A DNA stretch of 64,000 nt from Camelus ferus. Lineage: Eukaryota. Position numbers and translations under genes: made by a program. This document shows, in pieces, positions 1 to 12,479 of this stretch (position 1 is the stretch's first letter; every line of letters starts with the position of its first letter). The notes under the pieces were generated by a model. That model was given only the letters and a program-made list of their open reading frames with translations. It made no database searches and was not told the origin of the DNA. The DNA is taken from positions 20,400,001 to 20,464,000 of the forward strand of contig NC_045697.1 of NCBI RefSeq assembly GCF_009834535.1. Direction: 5' to 3'.

Positions 1-544
1 TGTGCATTCCAGGCTTTCGGGGGGGGGGGTTGCAGTGTGTTTAGAATGCTGAATATACTTCAGTGTATTGAGGCCAGCTCATGACTGCAGCGTAAGAAAG
101 GAAGTGGAAACGTTCAGAAAAAGTAAGGTTATTAAATCTACAAAAAAATTCAGTGAAAGTTGGCTTGAAAGGAAATAAGGCTTAGATTTGCAAATGTATA
201 AAGAGTGACAATAGGCTAAGTGACCCCCACCTATAACAAGTTGCTCATGTAACTACTGACAGGTCTCTAGGATGGTTGCTAGTAGGAGTGTAACAGCACA
301 ACAGAGCACCCCCACCACTGTCAGCCCACCAAAAAAACCCCAATTTTTCTCTTGGATACCCACTTTAGGACTCTGTACAGATTTGTCTTTTCTAAGATCA
401 TACCCACATGCTGACCGTCATCCCATAGGCATGTCATAGGACAGATTCTGGCTTCCTCATGAATACAGTCTTATTCTTTGCAATGTGGACACTGAGTTGT
501 AAGTCAGAAAGTAAAACTTATGCTGCCTGGTTTCATGTGTGCTT

Positions 545-578
545 GTGTGTGTGTGTGTGTGCGCACATGTGTGTGTGT
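545..578. repeat. Interrupted (TG)n microsatellite
   Basis: Directly visible TG run with a GCGCAC interruption. Confidence 0.9.
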
Positions 579-908
579 TGCCTTGTTAGTGGTGGTAGTA
601 CTCACCTGGCTCAACCTGTAGGGACAAGCCCCCATTGTTCAGCTCAGTCTGATCATAGATGAACAGCAAGGCTCCACCACACCCCCGTGCTCAGCCACGC
701 CTGTAATACTGCAACCTGAGACGTAAGTACTATTTATGGGAGAAACACCCTTGTGTATTTCCATTTTCTACAGATAACTGTAATTTTGAATCTCTCTGCT
801 GCAAGCATCTTACTTTTCACCTTTAATAAAAACAGTGGTTCGTGGAAGGGGTGGTCAAGATAAATAAGCTACCATACTTTCAAAAATGGAAGTCAAGTTA
901 CTCTCTTT

Positions 909-1032
909 AGGGAGGGTATAGCTCAGTGGTAGAGAATGTGCATACATGCACGAGGTCCTGGGTTCAATTCCCAGTACCTCCATTAAATAAACAAACAAAC
1001 AAACAAACCTAATTACCACCTTCCCAAAAAAA
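909..1032 (+). mobile_element. tRNA-Ala-derived SINE, camelid Vic-1 type
   Basis: GGGAGGGTATAGCTCAGTGGTAGAG (A box)...GAGGTCCTGGGTTCAATTCCCAGTACCTCCA (B box), then (AAAC)n, CCTAATTACC and an A tail. Degenerate TSD AAGTTACTCTCTTT (895-908) / AAGATACTCCTTTT (1031-1044). Confidence 0.92.
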
Positions 1033-3304
1033 GATACTCCTTTTATGCACCCACAGCTATTCAGGGAATCTAGGTGTCCTACCCCCACCCCCTTTTGTTT
1101 TTCCCACTTGTTCACATCTATGGTCAGTGCAGGGAGGGTTGGTGGGTGATGCGTGCTCACAGACTGGTGCCGAGTGGCAGGGCAGAGGAAGCAGGGGGCC
1201 CTGGCTCTGAGGCAGCTCATCCCTTAAAGACATCAGCTCTGCTCCTTGTTCTGCAGTGGAGGGCCCCAGCTCTCTCCCCACCCCGGATTACTCTCCCTCT
1301 TTATCTAATTTTAGTTACCAATTGACCTTCTCACTGCTCTTTTCTCCAGACCCACTTTTTGTCTCCCTAAGGAAAAAGCCAGAACTGCAATCAATTAATA
1401 TATTAAAGACATCACTCTCCTACAACATGCTAGTTTGAAGTATTTCATATCTTCCTATGTTTAGTTCACTAAATATAGTGAAACTCTGGTAAACTCTGTG
1501 TCTATGTGTGTGTAACTGCTCATTGTTTTACTGGTTAATACTGTATAAAGAGGAGAATTTAATTTGAATTTGCCCAACACGTGAGCTAGGTGGGCTCACA
1601 CGTTGGTGGCCTGGCTCAACCTGAAAGCTGTGGCATGCTCGAGGTCCAAGCTGAGTCTAACACTGAAAAAACAGTGAACAGAACTATGAAGCCAGAAGCA
1701 GCACAGACAATCCAGAAATAGGGTCAGCATTCAAGGAGATTCTGTATAAGAGGTTTAACATAGCAAAGTTTATGTGATGTTCAGATCATCAACAATCTAA
1801 ACCAGTTCAGACAAGTTCACCCTGGGATAGATCTGTATGGGCATTTTTTAGTGTTACTGATACACCTTCTGTCTTTCGTACAAATCTGGGCCACAAGTTC
1901 AAGCAGGCATAAAGTGCGACTTTAACACTGCCTGACAAAAGTGTTTCTATATTAAACTCAATTCTGATGGATGGTTAAAAGACAAAAATGTCAGTCACAT
2001 GGAAATTTCTCTCTACTGTGTGTTTGGTTTTCCCTAAAGTCTGAAGGACGGTGCCCCAGGATTGTGGATGGGACCATCTGGCCATGATTGGCCATTGATC
2101 CACTTCAGGGTCCTCTGAGGTTTACCTGGTCCTGCCTCATCCTTTGTTACATGAAGGTTGCAGCTATTCTGTCCTTTCTTCCCAAATACGAGGTCTCTCT
2201 GAATCCAGGTCTAGCAAAGCTCACTTGTTATTCCTCTGGGGACCACTCTGATGCCCCTAGAAACTCTCTGGTGGAGCTTAGACCCTCTCTGTCTAGAGAC
2301 ATCAACCTCAATTACTGCCACTCCTTCTCCTGCGTCTTTCTGGGCACAGAGTTTTAATCTGCCTGGAATATACTTTTGAAGTGAAGCATGAGCACCATTT
2401 ACCTTCACTAGACCTACCTGAAGTTTCTCTTCTCCTTCTGTTCCCTTGAGTTTGGCTGAGACGGAACATCACTTTTGAGGACAATTCCAGCACATGGACA
2501 CTTTGCTTCTCCTTCTCACCCCTGACTCCAAGTGAGAACTGTATCTCCTACTCCAGGGAGTGGGGAAAACCTAACTCAGCTTTGTCATCTCTTCTTCCAA
2601 AACTTTTTATTCTTATATCTGGCTCTCAGTGTTAAAAACCAAATGGATGCATGACCAATGTAAGAGAAATATCAAGAAAAATCTATGCTATGTATTACTT
2701 GCATCCACACAGGACCTTGTTGTTTCATGTTTATTTACTTTTTCTTTAAAATGGCCAAACTTTATGGTCATGGTAAATATTATCAATAATTAACAATCAG
2801 AAATAAAGTAATAGTATTCACATAGGTCAAGCTGTCACCCAAATCTTGGGATAAGAACTAGATTAGAACTCAAGTCTAGTGACAGGTCAGGACTACAGCA
2901 TGCATAGTAGAAAGAATGTTTCAAATTGTCTTCACATTTTTATTCATATGACAACACTAACAAAAATGCTAAAAAACCAACGTGTTCAGTTTCTAATAAA
3001 TGATCAAATGTACGTATGTTGGTGCAAGAAAACAAGGTGTGTCCTTAACTTGTGAGATGGCCACTGTGTCAGAGAATATAAAGAAATTTATATCTGGAGG
3101 AAACCTCATCATACTTACCTGAAGTGTCTTGAGGTCAGTGAGTCCCCTCACAATTGTTTATTATACCCATTTCTGATGTTTGAGGCATGGATGTTATTTC
3201 TAACTATAACATGTTTACAAATTCAAATTTTACAAGTTCAAATAACATGACGAATATTCAACTCTATCAAGATACATCTCATCCTGTTCTGTATACCCTT
3301 AGAC

Positions 3305-3467
3305 CATAGTCTCCCAACTTTTGCTTCATACTAGAATTATCTTTGGAGATTTATATTTCCAGAAATATACTGATTTAATTGGTCTGGGTTAGGACCTAGG
3401 ATTGGATTACTATAAATTAGCTCTTCTAGGTCATTCTCAAATTCAGTCATGGTTGCAAACTATTGCC
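3305..3467. mobile_element. MER5A-like hAT-Charlie MITE
   Basis: Contains CTGATTTAATTGGTCTGGG...CTAGGTCATTCT...GGTTGCAAACTATTG, matching the recalled MER5 layout and size. Confidence 0.7.
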
Positions 3468-3583
3468 TTAAAAAATTGTCCCTGTATTAGTCATAATCTA
3501 CTTCTGTTGTATTTAAACTTCCAGTAGGGTGAACAACACCAGTTCAGTTGCACTGAATGAAACTACATTTGGGTCCTGATGAA

Positions 3584-3655
3584 TCTCTCTGTCTGTCTGT
3601 CTCTCTGTCTGTCTGTCTCTCTCTGTGAGCCTGCTGTCCATCTCTCTCTCTGTCT
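3584..3655. repeat. (CT)/(CTGT)n simple repeat
   Basis: Directly visible. Confidence 0.8.
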
Positions 3656-5727
3656 TTCCCCCTCATCCCTCCCTCTGTCAGTATCTCTAGTAGGGAAAAC
3701 AACCTGTGAAGAGTGATGCTCCCTTGCCTCCCAAGTTCAAATATTCCTAATGCTGAGACTTAAATTCTCCGTCATATTACAAGTGCCTCTCTCACTCTGA
3801 CATTTTCATATTCTATTTGGGCACCTGTAAGGAGTGAGTAAGGTGAAGGCTATTGTAAAATGAAGTAAACATCATTCTAAATTGATTTTCCTTTCAGAAC
3901 TCAGAACATCCAGTCCATGCTCCAAGCCTGTGGACCAAAGCTTACTGACATCCTTTTAAATCTCCAGAGTGATGATATTTCCATGTTCGTTGGGAAGTCG
4001 TCCAGAAGAACATGTGGCAATATTGACTTTAGTGAGAGAGTTTATTTCTATGCCTATGTGTTGAGTCATTCCATAGACTCAGCTTTGCTCTTACTTCATT
4101 GTCAGCCCTCCAGAGCCCAGTAACCTGTGACAGCTGAGTTATTGTGTTCTTTATGAAGACTGCTTCTACCATAAGCCCTTACTGCTGTTTTTCTTTGAGC
4201 CAATTCTCCTCAAAGCAATTTATCATCTTGTCTACTGAAACTGCTATAGCTCTCGTATCATTTCATTTATATGTTCCCTATGCAGCAGCCTCTAATGACC
4301 ATTTAATAATATGGAAGAAGAGGCAGACATGTCCTCTGGGCAACACCTTATTTTAAATAATAGAATAGCTGGTTTACAATTAGAAAAGAATGGAGCATTT
4401 CAGCTCTAGCAGTCAGAAAAAATCTCTCACTCAACTGGACTGACTGGTCGTCTGTCTCTCTGCACATACGTGGCTCTATTGTAGGTACTTGTGTCTAGAC
4501 TTGCCTCCACCGTTAAACAATCACACGGTTGCAGCGAGAGTTGGTTTCTTTTACATCTTGCTCTTCATGGTAGCACTTGGAAGCGATGTTACCGAGGCAG
4601 AGCTAAATCTGCTGTACAGATAATCTTGCTTTATATTTGAAATCACTGCATATTAGAATTATATACAAGAATACTCTGCCAACGCTCAGTAGAATGGCTG
4701 GCTTTTAAGAAACATATCCTTAAATATCAAATATGCAAAGAAGAAAATGGTAAATCAATTAACATGCTTGTTTTAATGGTTTATGACTAATACATTTTGC
4801 CTCTTTGAGTAAGAACTCAAAGGCATGTTACTCAACAGATGCTCATTGATCAAGTCATTCAAGCAAATATGTGATAATATGTTTACTTTCCCTCAATTCT
4901 TATTGTCATCAGGATGTAAGTCTCATCTCTCCCATGTCAAGTACACTTTGGAGAAATGTACCTGATGTGCGTAGGAGACTTTGTGTATGTTTTCTTTTGG
5001 GCTTTTGAGGTTAAAAACAGAAATTTACCTTCGTGAGAAAGTACTTGAGATTTGACATCAGAATGAAGGATAAATTCAAAAGACAAGATCATAAGGCTTG
5101 TGGGTAGTGTTTAAACTGGGTATGTTTTTAAATATCAGCGTATCAACTTTCTACAAACTAGCCAGACAAAGAGGATGTTGACACTGTCCCTGTTCATAAC
5201 CTTCAATGGGTATGTCTGAGTCATAAAAAATAAACTCTCATTTAAGAATCTTGCATTTTGAAAATGATTTTATATGACTTCATATGGAGTAGATGGATAC
5301 ATCATTTCATATTCTACTAACTAATTAGGCGAACTTCTAATTAACAATGTTCATATATACCCTTCTCCTTTCAAGCAAGTCAATTCAACAAAGAGCCACT
5401 TGTAACTTATGGATACTATGAAGTTACATCAGCCTACCCTGGTTAACAACAACAAACATGAAAGATAAAATGACAACATATGATTATCTCTTACAAGGTA
5501 GTTTCAGGTAAAGTTGCCCTTGTTTATCCTTCCTCCATAAAGAGAATCTCAAAATCCCTAGAATATAGCAAAATAGGCCAGCATGCATAAACATTTAATA
5601 AATGTTGAGTGAATAAACGTAGAATAAGCCCAATTAAGGCTGAATAAATAGACAGATGAGCAAATAAATTCATGAAAACAAAATATGGTAACCATGAGAC
5701 ATGCCAATGATAAAGAAATAGGCTGTA

Positions 5728-6661
5728 CCACAAATGATAAATATTGGAGAGGGTATGGAGAAAAGGGAACCCACCTATACTGTTGGTGGGAATGTAGTTT
5801 GGTGCAGCCATTATGGAAAAACAGTGTGGAAATTCCATAAAAAATTAAAAATAGTCTTACTATATGATCCAGCAATCTCACTCCTGGATGTATATCTGGA
5901 GGGATCTCTAATTCAAAAAGTTATATGCACTCCAATATTCATAGCATCACTATCTACAATGGCCAAGACATGGAAACAAGCTAAATGTCCATTAACAAAT
6001 GACAGGATAAAGAAGATGTGGTGTGCATATACAATGGAATACTACTCAGCTCTAAAAACAGAACAAAATAATGCCATTTGCAGCAACATGGATAGACCTG
6101 GAGATCATCATTGTAAGTGAAGTAAGCCAGAAAGAGAAAGAAAAATACCATATGATGTCACTTACATGTGGAATCTTAAAAAAAAAAAGAGACACAAATG
6201 AACTTGTTTACAAAATAGAAACGACTCACAGACATAGAAGACAAACTTACAGTTACCAGGGGGAAAAGAGGTAGGAAAGGATAAATTGGGAGTTTGAGAT
6301 TTGCTGATACTAACTACTATATAAAATAGATAGACAGGTTTCTACTGTATAACACAGGGAACTATATTCAATATCTTGTAACTTGTAATGAAAAAGAATA
6401 TGAAAAGGAATGTATGTATGTATATGTATGACTGAAACATCATGCTATAAACCAGAAATTGACACAACATTATAAACTCTATCTTTCAATAGAAAAAGAA
6501 CACAAAAAAATAAAATAAAGTAGATGAACAAGTTTCTACTGTATAGCACAGGGAACTGTATTCAATAACTTGTAGTAACTTATAATGAAAAAGAAAATGA
6601 AAACAAAAAGAATGAATGAATGAGTCATATTGAGAAAACAAAAAAGTTAAAGACGAAAAAA
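5728..6661 (+). mobile_element. 5'-truncated LINE-1: frameshifted ORF2 C-terminus, 3' UTR, A-rich tract, then a second partial 3' UTR
   Basis: ORF 5734-6120 contains YDPAISLL...CTPIFIASLSTMAKTWKQAKCP...KKMW...TMEYYSA; ORF 6071-6274 contains MPFAATWIDLEIII.SEVSQ. Both are typical L1 ORF2p C-terminal motifs. TSD AAAGAAATAGGCTGTA (5712-5727) / AAAGAAATAGACTTTA (6662-6677). Confidence 0.95.
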
Positions 6662-9349
6662 AAAGAAATAGACTTTAAAGCTCTACCTTTCCTGACATTG
6701 GATCATACTATCCGCATTAGTCTGTTGTGTAGGTCACAATTTCCATCTCAAGATCTTTTAAATAGGTTTCCATTCTTCCTTACAATAAAGTGCTATATAT
6801 ATTAGCTTTACATCTTTGCATGAAATTTTCCTTTTGTTGGTAAAAATGGGTTTTACTTTTTTGCCTTTCCTATTTATAGAAACCCATACTTAACTCTACC
6901 AATAAAAGTTTCAAGACTTCTTCAAACACCAATGTATTTGCACTGGGGTTGGTATTTTCTCAGTGAAAACATTCATCCAATTCTAATAACATGTCAGTAG
7001 AGAGTTTAAATTTGTTCTTCCACATTCTGTATGGTCAGTGATGCTAAAGGATGTATTCAAGAAGATATGTGGGGTATACATCATGGGCATGATTCTGAAA
7101 CCAGCTGATCTATAAATGCATTTGCTTTGCAGTTCGAATGTTCCCTGGATGCCTCCAGATGGATTTAGTGGACATTTTAAATCAGTTCTCTATACTGGTC
7201 TATCACTGACTGGAGAGAAATCATGCAAAAGTTTATACAGTTTGAATCACTAATTTAAATCGGTTCTGAGAGAACATGTAGGTATTTTTTCCACCTGTGC
7301 TCTTAAAGTTTCTTCCATGTTTACCTACAAAATCACATATCATATAGTACTGGACATTTTCATTAACATGGATGTCTTCTCTGTTTATCTTAGAAGCAGG
7401 GACTAGGTTTATCTAATTCTAAATACACAGGAGATACACATACACTTGTGCATTGCTGTTCTTGTTGTTGAGTAAACTCCTTATTACTTGCTTGACCCAT
7501 CCATCTTACAGTTGCTCAGAGGCTAAGAAAGAAAAATGGAAAGAGACACCAGGTGGCTTTTAGCATTCTACTTCCATGCAAAGTCAACACTGTGTTCTGG
7601 TTTACTGACGTGGAATACTGCTTAACTTATGAACCAGATTTGATGGACAGACACAGGTTGATAAAATTCACAAAAGTTTGCATGTGTGAGTCAAATTGCA
7701 AATTTTTTAATTTGCTATTACCTCTATGATGACATCTTCTTTCCATCCAAAGGCCTTCTTTTGGATATCCAAAAAATGATACATGCTTCTCATCAGTGAT
7801 GGCTTCCTTACCATCTTCATGTGGAGCTGAGCATCACAGCAGGTATCTGCAGGTGACATCTAAAGAGCATCAATCATACTAATTGGCATTTATTTATCTT
7901 CTTGTTCTTTTCCACGGCTTGAGTCCTTTGAGACAAGGACTTTGACTCAGCTACTATTGTATGTATCACATGCAAAAGAGTGGCTGACCTATTATAGACA
8001 CCCCATAGGTGACATTAGTACTGAAATCTGCTTATTTTATTATATGCAAGTAATTAGGCAACCTCTTTCTCTGTGCCTTCTCCATAGGTTACTGCTGCTG
8101 TACCAAAGAAGACTCTTACAAAAACCCTGAGATGATAAGCTAGATGTTCCTTTATCAGAGGTTACCTCTGCTGCCTTGGGCAACTCATGCATAGGAAAGC
8201 ATAAATCCTTCCAGCTAGGATCAGATATATCTCTGTTGGTAGACAAAGCAGCTATCGGTTGAGCTTCTTTAATTATAAGTGGGTTCTGCAGTATCTATTA
8301 TTATTGTAGTTATGAATACTAGGTTTTATAAGGGAGCTCAATAATTCTAACAAATTAAAGTGTGAAATAAAAAGCAGATATAGAAAAATTAGATATGAGT
8401 GTAGAGTGTACACCTGTCTTTGTGACTGAGTACATAAAGGTACCACTTGAAACATTTTGCCCCTACGAAACTATTTCAGAGGGATCATTGGGCTGTTTTT
8501 GTCTAAGTATGTTCACAGCTGCAGTTAAGGCAGGATGATGGAAATGATCAGCCTCAGGTCTGTTGCCATTCATCTTGAGCCCAGGATTCCAAGAGTTTGT
8601 AGCTATTATTATATCACATCCAGCAATTTACTCAAATGAAATCTTGCAGAAATTCTGTATAATGTTTGAAATGTGTGAATTTAAGCTGTATAACCACGTA
8701 GTGCACAGGATGAAAGGTACTGTAAGCTGTGATCTACACTACCTGAGCATTACAAGGTCTGTGTCAATGAAAAAATCCATTCATGACTAATGGCTTCAGT
8801 TCTGGTATACCAAAGTCATCCTATTATCTACTGGTGATTTAATTGGTGGATAAATGATTTATCCTAGCTTCAGGGGCAATATATATTGAACTTGAAAATA
8901 CTAAACTATTATTTGATGTAATTTGGTCATCAAAACAAAAACGAAATCATTGCTAACTAATGCAAGGTGAAAGAAGATTCTTGAATGGTGTCTCTAGTTT
9001 GGAAGTATTTAAGCATCCCCATGACTGACCAATTTTATATCTATGTATATATGCATGTATACATCATGCATTTGATAAATTTGTCTAGCATATCATGCTT
9101 ACAAAATCCATATTTGCTGAATAAAATAAAAGGAATAGAAATGTTATGTGCATGAACTTTATATTATTAATGCATTAAATATTAATCTGAAGCCATAGTG
9201 CAAAGAGGTTTTCTTCCTGCAAACAGAAATTATTACTTTTTTTTACATTTACCTAATAACTTTGTGTGCCAGTGTTTTCAGTAAGGATGGTTAGCACCTC
9301 TGAGAGAACATTCAATCTGCCTGGCTATCCAAGTAATAGCAAATTGAGG

Positions 9350-9530
9350 GTACAGATCATAGGATCTTAGTCCTGGATGGGAGCTCAGAAATAATTTAGT
9401 CTGCATAGATGAGGGCCCTTAGGTCCAGAGCTGCTGAATGATTCATGTAAGTTCCCATAATTGCCTAGTGACAGAGCTGGGATTAGAACCCTTGTCAGCT
9501 GACACAGAACCCAGGGCCCTATGCTTCCCC
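9350..9530 (-). mobile_element. MIR SINE remnant
   Basis: AGATGAGG...AGTGACAGAGCTGGGATTAGAACCC matches the reverse-complement MIR core. Confidence 0.65.
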
Positions 9531-10379
9531 ACCAATGACCCCTAGAAAATGACTACCAACATATCAGCATGACCTTGGTTACTTAAAATTCACTTCTCAG
9601 ACTATAGCAATGCTTATGGAAATCGTAATCCAGAGGCTGCCCTAAAGTTCATTTTTGTACAGTTAGCTTTAAAAAATTTGGGGAAATCTGGGGCTGTTCT
9701 TAGGAAAGGGACCCGTGAAAGGGGATTTCTGACTTTTCCCAAGGCCCTCAGGTGCCTGGAAGGGGCATTCTCGGGAGAGACTGATGTGCTAGAAGGTACT
9801 GTTCTAACACTGGTGAGAAGCATGAGAGTTCACATTCACACAGAACTCAGTTGGGTTATAGTTGCTCCACAAAACAACGAGAGGTATTGAGGAAAACATT
9901 GAGGTATGATGCTTCCCCGGTCTCCAGACCTGCTTTCTTAAGGTAGCGCTAGGGAGTGTGGGCTTTTAAAGGATCAGCTCTGGTAAGTAGTTTATAGCAT
10001 CAAGGTTACCCTAGAAAGCTCAGTGGGTGGGGCACCCTCATCCAGCTGCCTTCCCAGATGTTGCTAGGAGAAGACTGCCCTGACCAGCTGGCTAGAGGAC
10101 TCAGGAGATCCATAGACTGTTCAAAGGAGACACCCAGTTGCTTAAGGAAGCAACATCTGGGTTTGTCACGATGTCAACTTACTAACATGAACTTCAGATT
10201 TATCTAAGAAGATACGTTTCTGAAGTTTTACTTCGTCAGTCATCCCAAACACGGATGCAGTTCTCATTTTCTGCCTTGTCTTGTGACTATCAAAAGGGAG
10301 GGAAAACTGATTCAGATTATTTGCTACCTTTTTTGGTACTTCAGTTTACTTTCTGCTAAGGGACACAGAGATGCAATCT

Positions 10380-10557
10380 CGTTGAATCATCGCAATGATC
10401 TTAAGAAATTTTTAGCAATGCCTTATTTTTGAAAATGTGGAAACAGAGACTGAGATACGGAAATGGCTAGCCTAAATTCTTTCTAAGAAGCTATGCAGGA
10501 TTGAAATTCGAAAACAGGTCTGCCCCACTCTAAAGTTCATGCTTTTCCTACTGTACT
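10380..10557 (-). mobile_element. MIR SINE remnant
   Basis: ATGTGGAAACAGAGACTGAGA...GAAATTCGAAAACAGGTCTG...CTCTAAAGTTCATGCTTTT. Confidence 0.6.
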
Positions 10558-10924
10558 GGGTGTTCCCTCCTATTCTTGTCCTTTTACTCTACATCTACCT
10601 AAGAAGACTGAATTACAGTCTCAAAAAAACTGTGGGGATACTAGCTCTGGTCTTCAGATGGTACTCTTCTTACTCAGTTACAAGAGTATAGACACAATAT
10701 TCCAGATGGGGAGATTGAAAGCAAGGTACGGCTGATAATCCATTGTCTTCCAAGCTCTCAATGTAGCTTCAAGTGCAGGAAGAATATCTAAAGAATTTGA
10801 AAATGATGACATGACATGCTTCATTTGCTGCTGTAGCTGTAAATCTCGGAATACCAAGTGGCAGACAGGACACTTGGCCAAGACGGAATCAGGGGCATCT
10901 TGTCTTGCTCCTTTATACACACAG

Positions 10925-10938
10925 GTTGCTATGGTTAC
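10925..10938. promoter_or_regulatory. RFX X-box consensus motif
   Basis: GTTGCTATGGTTAC; its reverse complement GTAACCATAGCAAC fits GTNRCCATRGYAAC exactly. Binding is not shown. Confidence 0.45.
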
Positions 10939-11395
10939 AGGAGGTACTGAATTGAGAGGGGCTTGAAGAAGCCACTCTAATATTTCAGTTCATGGGATGT
11001 TAGTGAACGTTTCTCTTTCTGGGAACAGGTGGTAGAGTAACACCGTCCCAGCGCACAGTGAACACAGTGTGACAAATAAAATATTGCCAGAGTGATTTTT
11101 TTGGTGAAATGTTTCTTTTTCTTTACCTTTTCCTTTATATTACCCTATAATACAAAAGAGCTAAAGCTGTAAAGAGGAGAAAGTGTCCTGGCAACTGTGA
11201 CAGTGTTACTCTCAAGATCACAGAGGGGAGAGTTGAGCTCAGTGGCCTGATTACATCCACAAAGCATTTTCTCTACAATTTGCTGCCTCTTCTTTCCCTA
11301 AATAGAACCCATAATTAAAACTACTTTGGGTTCACTAAGGTTCACTAAATGGGTCTGAAGCTGGACTTTATAAATAAGCTTTTGTTGTTGAAGAA

Positions 11396-11398
<3 letters not shown>

Positions 11399-11428
<30 letters not shown>
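11399..11428. repeat. (AT)n microsatellite
   Basis: About 15 perfect AT units. Confidence 0.95.
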
Positions 11429-11433
<5 letters not shown>

Positions 11434-12228
11434 CAAGAATATATATGTTGCATTTCTATACCTCATTTGGGGATAGAATCAGACAGCTGTTTTTTGTCCT
11501 TCTTCCTTGTACTGAAATCAAACTTCCAAGCTTTGTATACAGTCAGATAATAGCTATATCAGAATAATTGTATTTTCTTTAAATTAAAAAAAAAAAACCT
11601 ATTCTAACCACTAGCATGCTGATTACAACAGTCAGAAAAATGGTAACATCTGACCTGCCCTTATCAATGTCCCAGCCAATTAAGAGGATTAATGCATTTC
11701 TTGTAGACATCAGGCGCGTGCCTATGGGAAGCAATGGTTCTTGTTTTGAAAACTTAAGGGCTATAGGACACTGTCACAAGATAAAGTCTGTGTATGAACA
11801 ATAGAGATAGGTTTATTTAATTTAAACACCATCCTGATTTGTATTTCAAAATAAACAAGATGGTCTTTGGAAGAAAGCAGCAAAATGTTTCTAGGGGAAA
11901 ATAGCATTTAGAGAAAAATGTAAATTATGCCATTTCTGAAAAGTAAGTGCATCATTTGATGCAATCTGAAGTGACCATTTCACTTATCTGCATACATTGT
12001 TTCATAAAATATATGGCTCCCAGATTCTATAAAATAAAATTTTTTTTTAAAGGATGATAATTGAAGGCAAATTTGATCCTTCTAACCCCAGCTAATTTGA
12101 CAGCCTTATTAAAACTGAGGTCTCTAATGAACATTCTAGATAGATAAAGTCAGAGCACATTGGGTGCAAAATATTCCTGTTAGAGTATAAGCACATGTAC
12201 TTCAGAAACACAAGGTGTCCCTCTTTTT

Positions 12229-12366
12229 TTTTAGTTCATTTTTGGGGGGTGGGGAGGTAACTGGGTTTATTATTTAATTATTCATTTTATGGAGGTACTG
12301 GGGGATTGAATCCAGGACCTCGTGCATGCTAAGCATGTGCTCTACCACTAAGCTATACCCTCCCCC
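12229..12366 (-). mobile_element. tRNA-Ala-derived SINE, camelid Vic-1 type
   Basis: Reverse complement of the element at 909 (TGGAGGTACTGGG...CCAGGACCTCGTGCATGCTAAGCATGTGCTCTACCACTAAGCTATACCCTCCCC). TSD CAAGGTGTCCCTCTTTTT (12211-12228) / CAAGGTGTTCCTCTTTTT (12369-12386). Confidence 0.95.
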
Positions 12367-12479
12367 ACCAAGGTGTTCCTCTTTTTCACTCTTCCAGCTC
12401 CAGCACCCAGAAGAGGGACTTTTGTTTTATCTCCCTGACACCCTCTACTCTTTATTTTCCTTTAAAAACTGTTTCTTTC

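Larger units (their letters stand above)
257..1662 (+). mobile_element. Probable ancient long solo LTR (LTR78-like), interrupted by a SINE
   Basis: Starts TGACAGGTCTCTA and ends AGCTGAGTCTAACA (TG...CA). About 1.28 kb after removing the SINE. Internal repeat CCTGGCTCAACCTG at 605-618 and 1610-1623. No clean TSD; family name is from recalled similarity only. Confidence 0.4.

Noticed and set aside
909..982. Functional tRNA-Ala gene
   Set aside because: The anticodon arm is disrupted, and the sequence has a SINE tail and TSDs. The same applies to the copy at 12229-12366.
1700..2640. Possible additional ancient LTR
   Set aside because: LTR-like composition, but I could not define termini, TSD or family.
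3111..3121. U1 snRNA gene or pseudogene
   Set aside because: Matches only the first 11 nt of U1; the continuation GCAGGGGAG is absent.
5734..6274. Host protein-coding gene
   Set aside because: The ORFs are frameshifted L1 ORF2 remnants.
7546..7559. CTCF-like motif ACACCAGGTGGCTT (similar weak sites near 45785 and 63237)
   Set aside because: Mismatches at informative positions; not distinguishable from background by eye.
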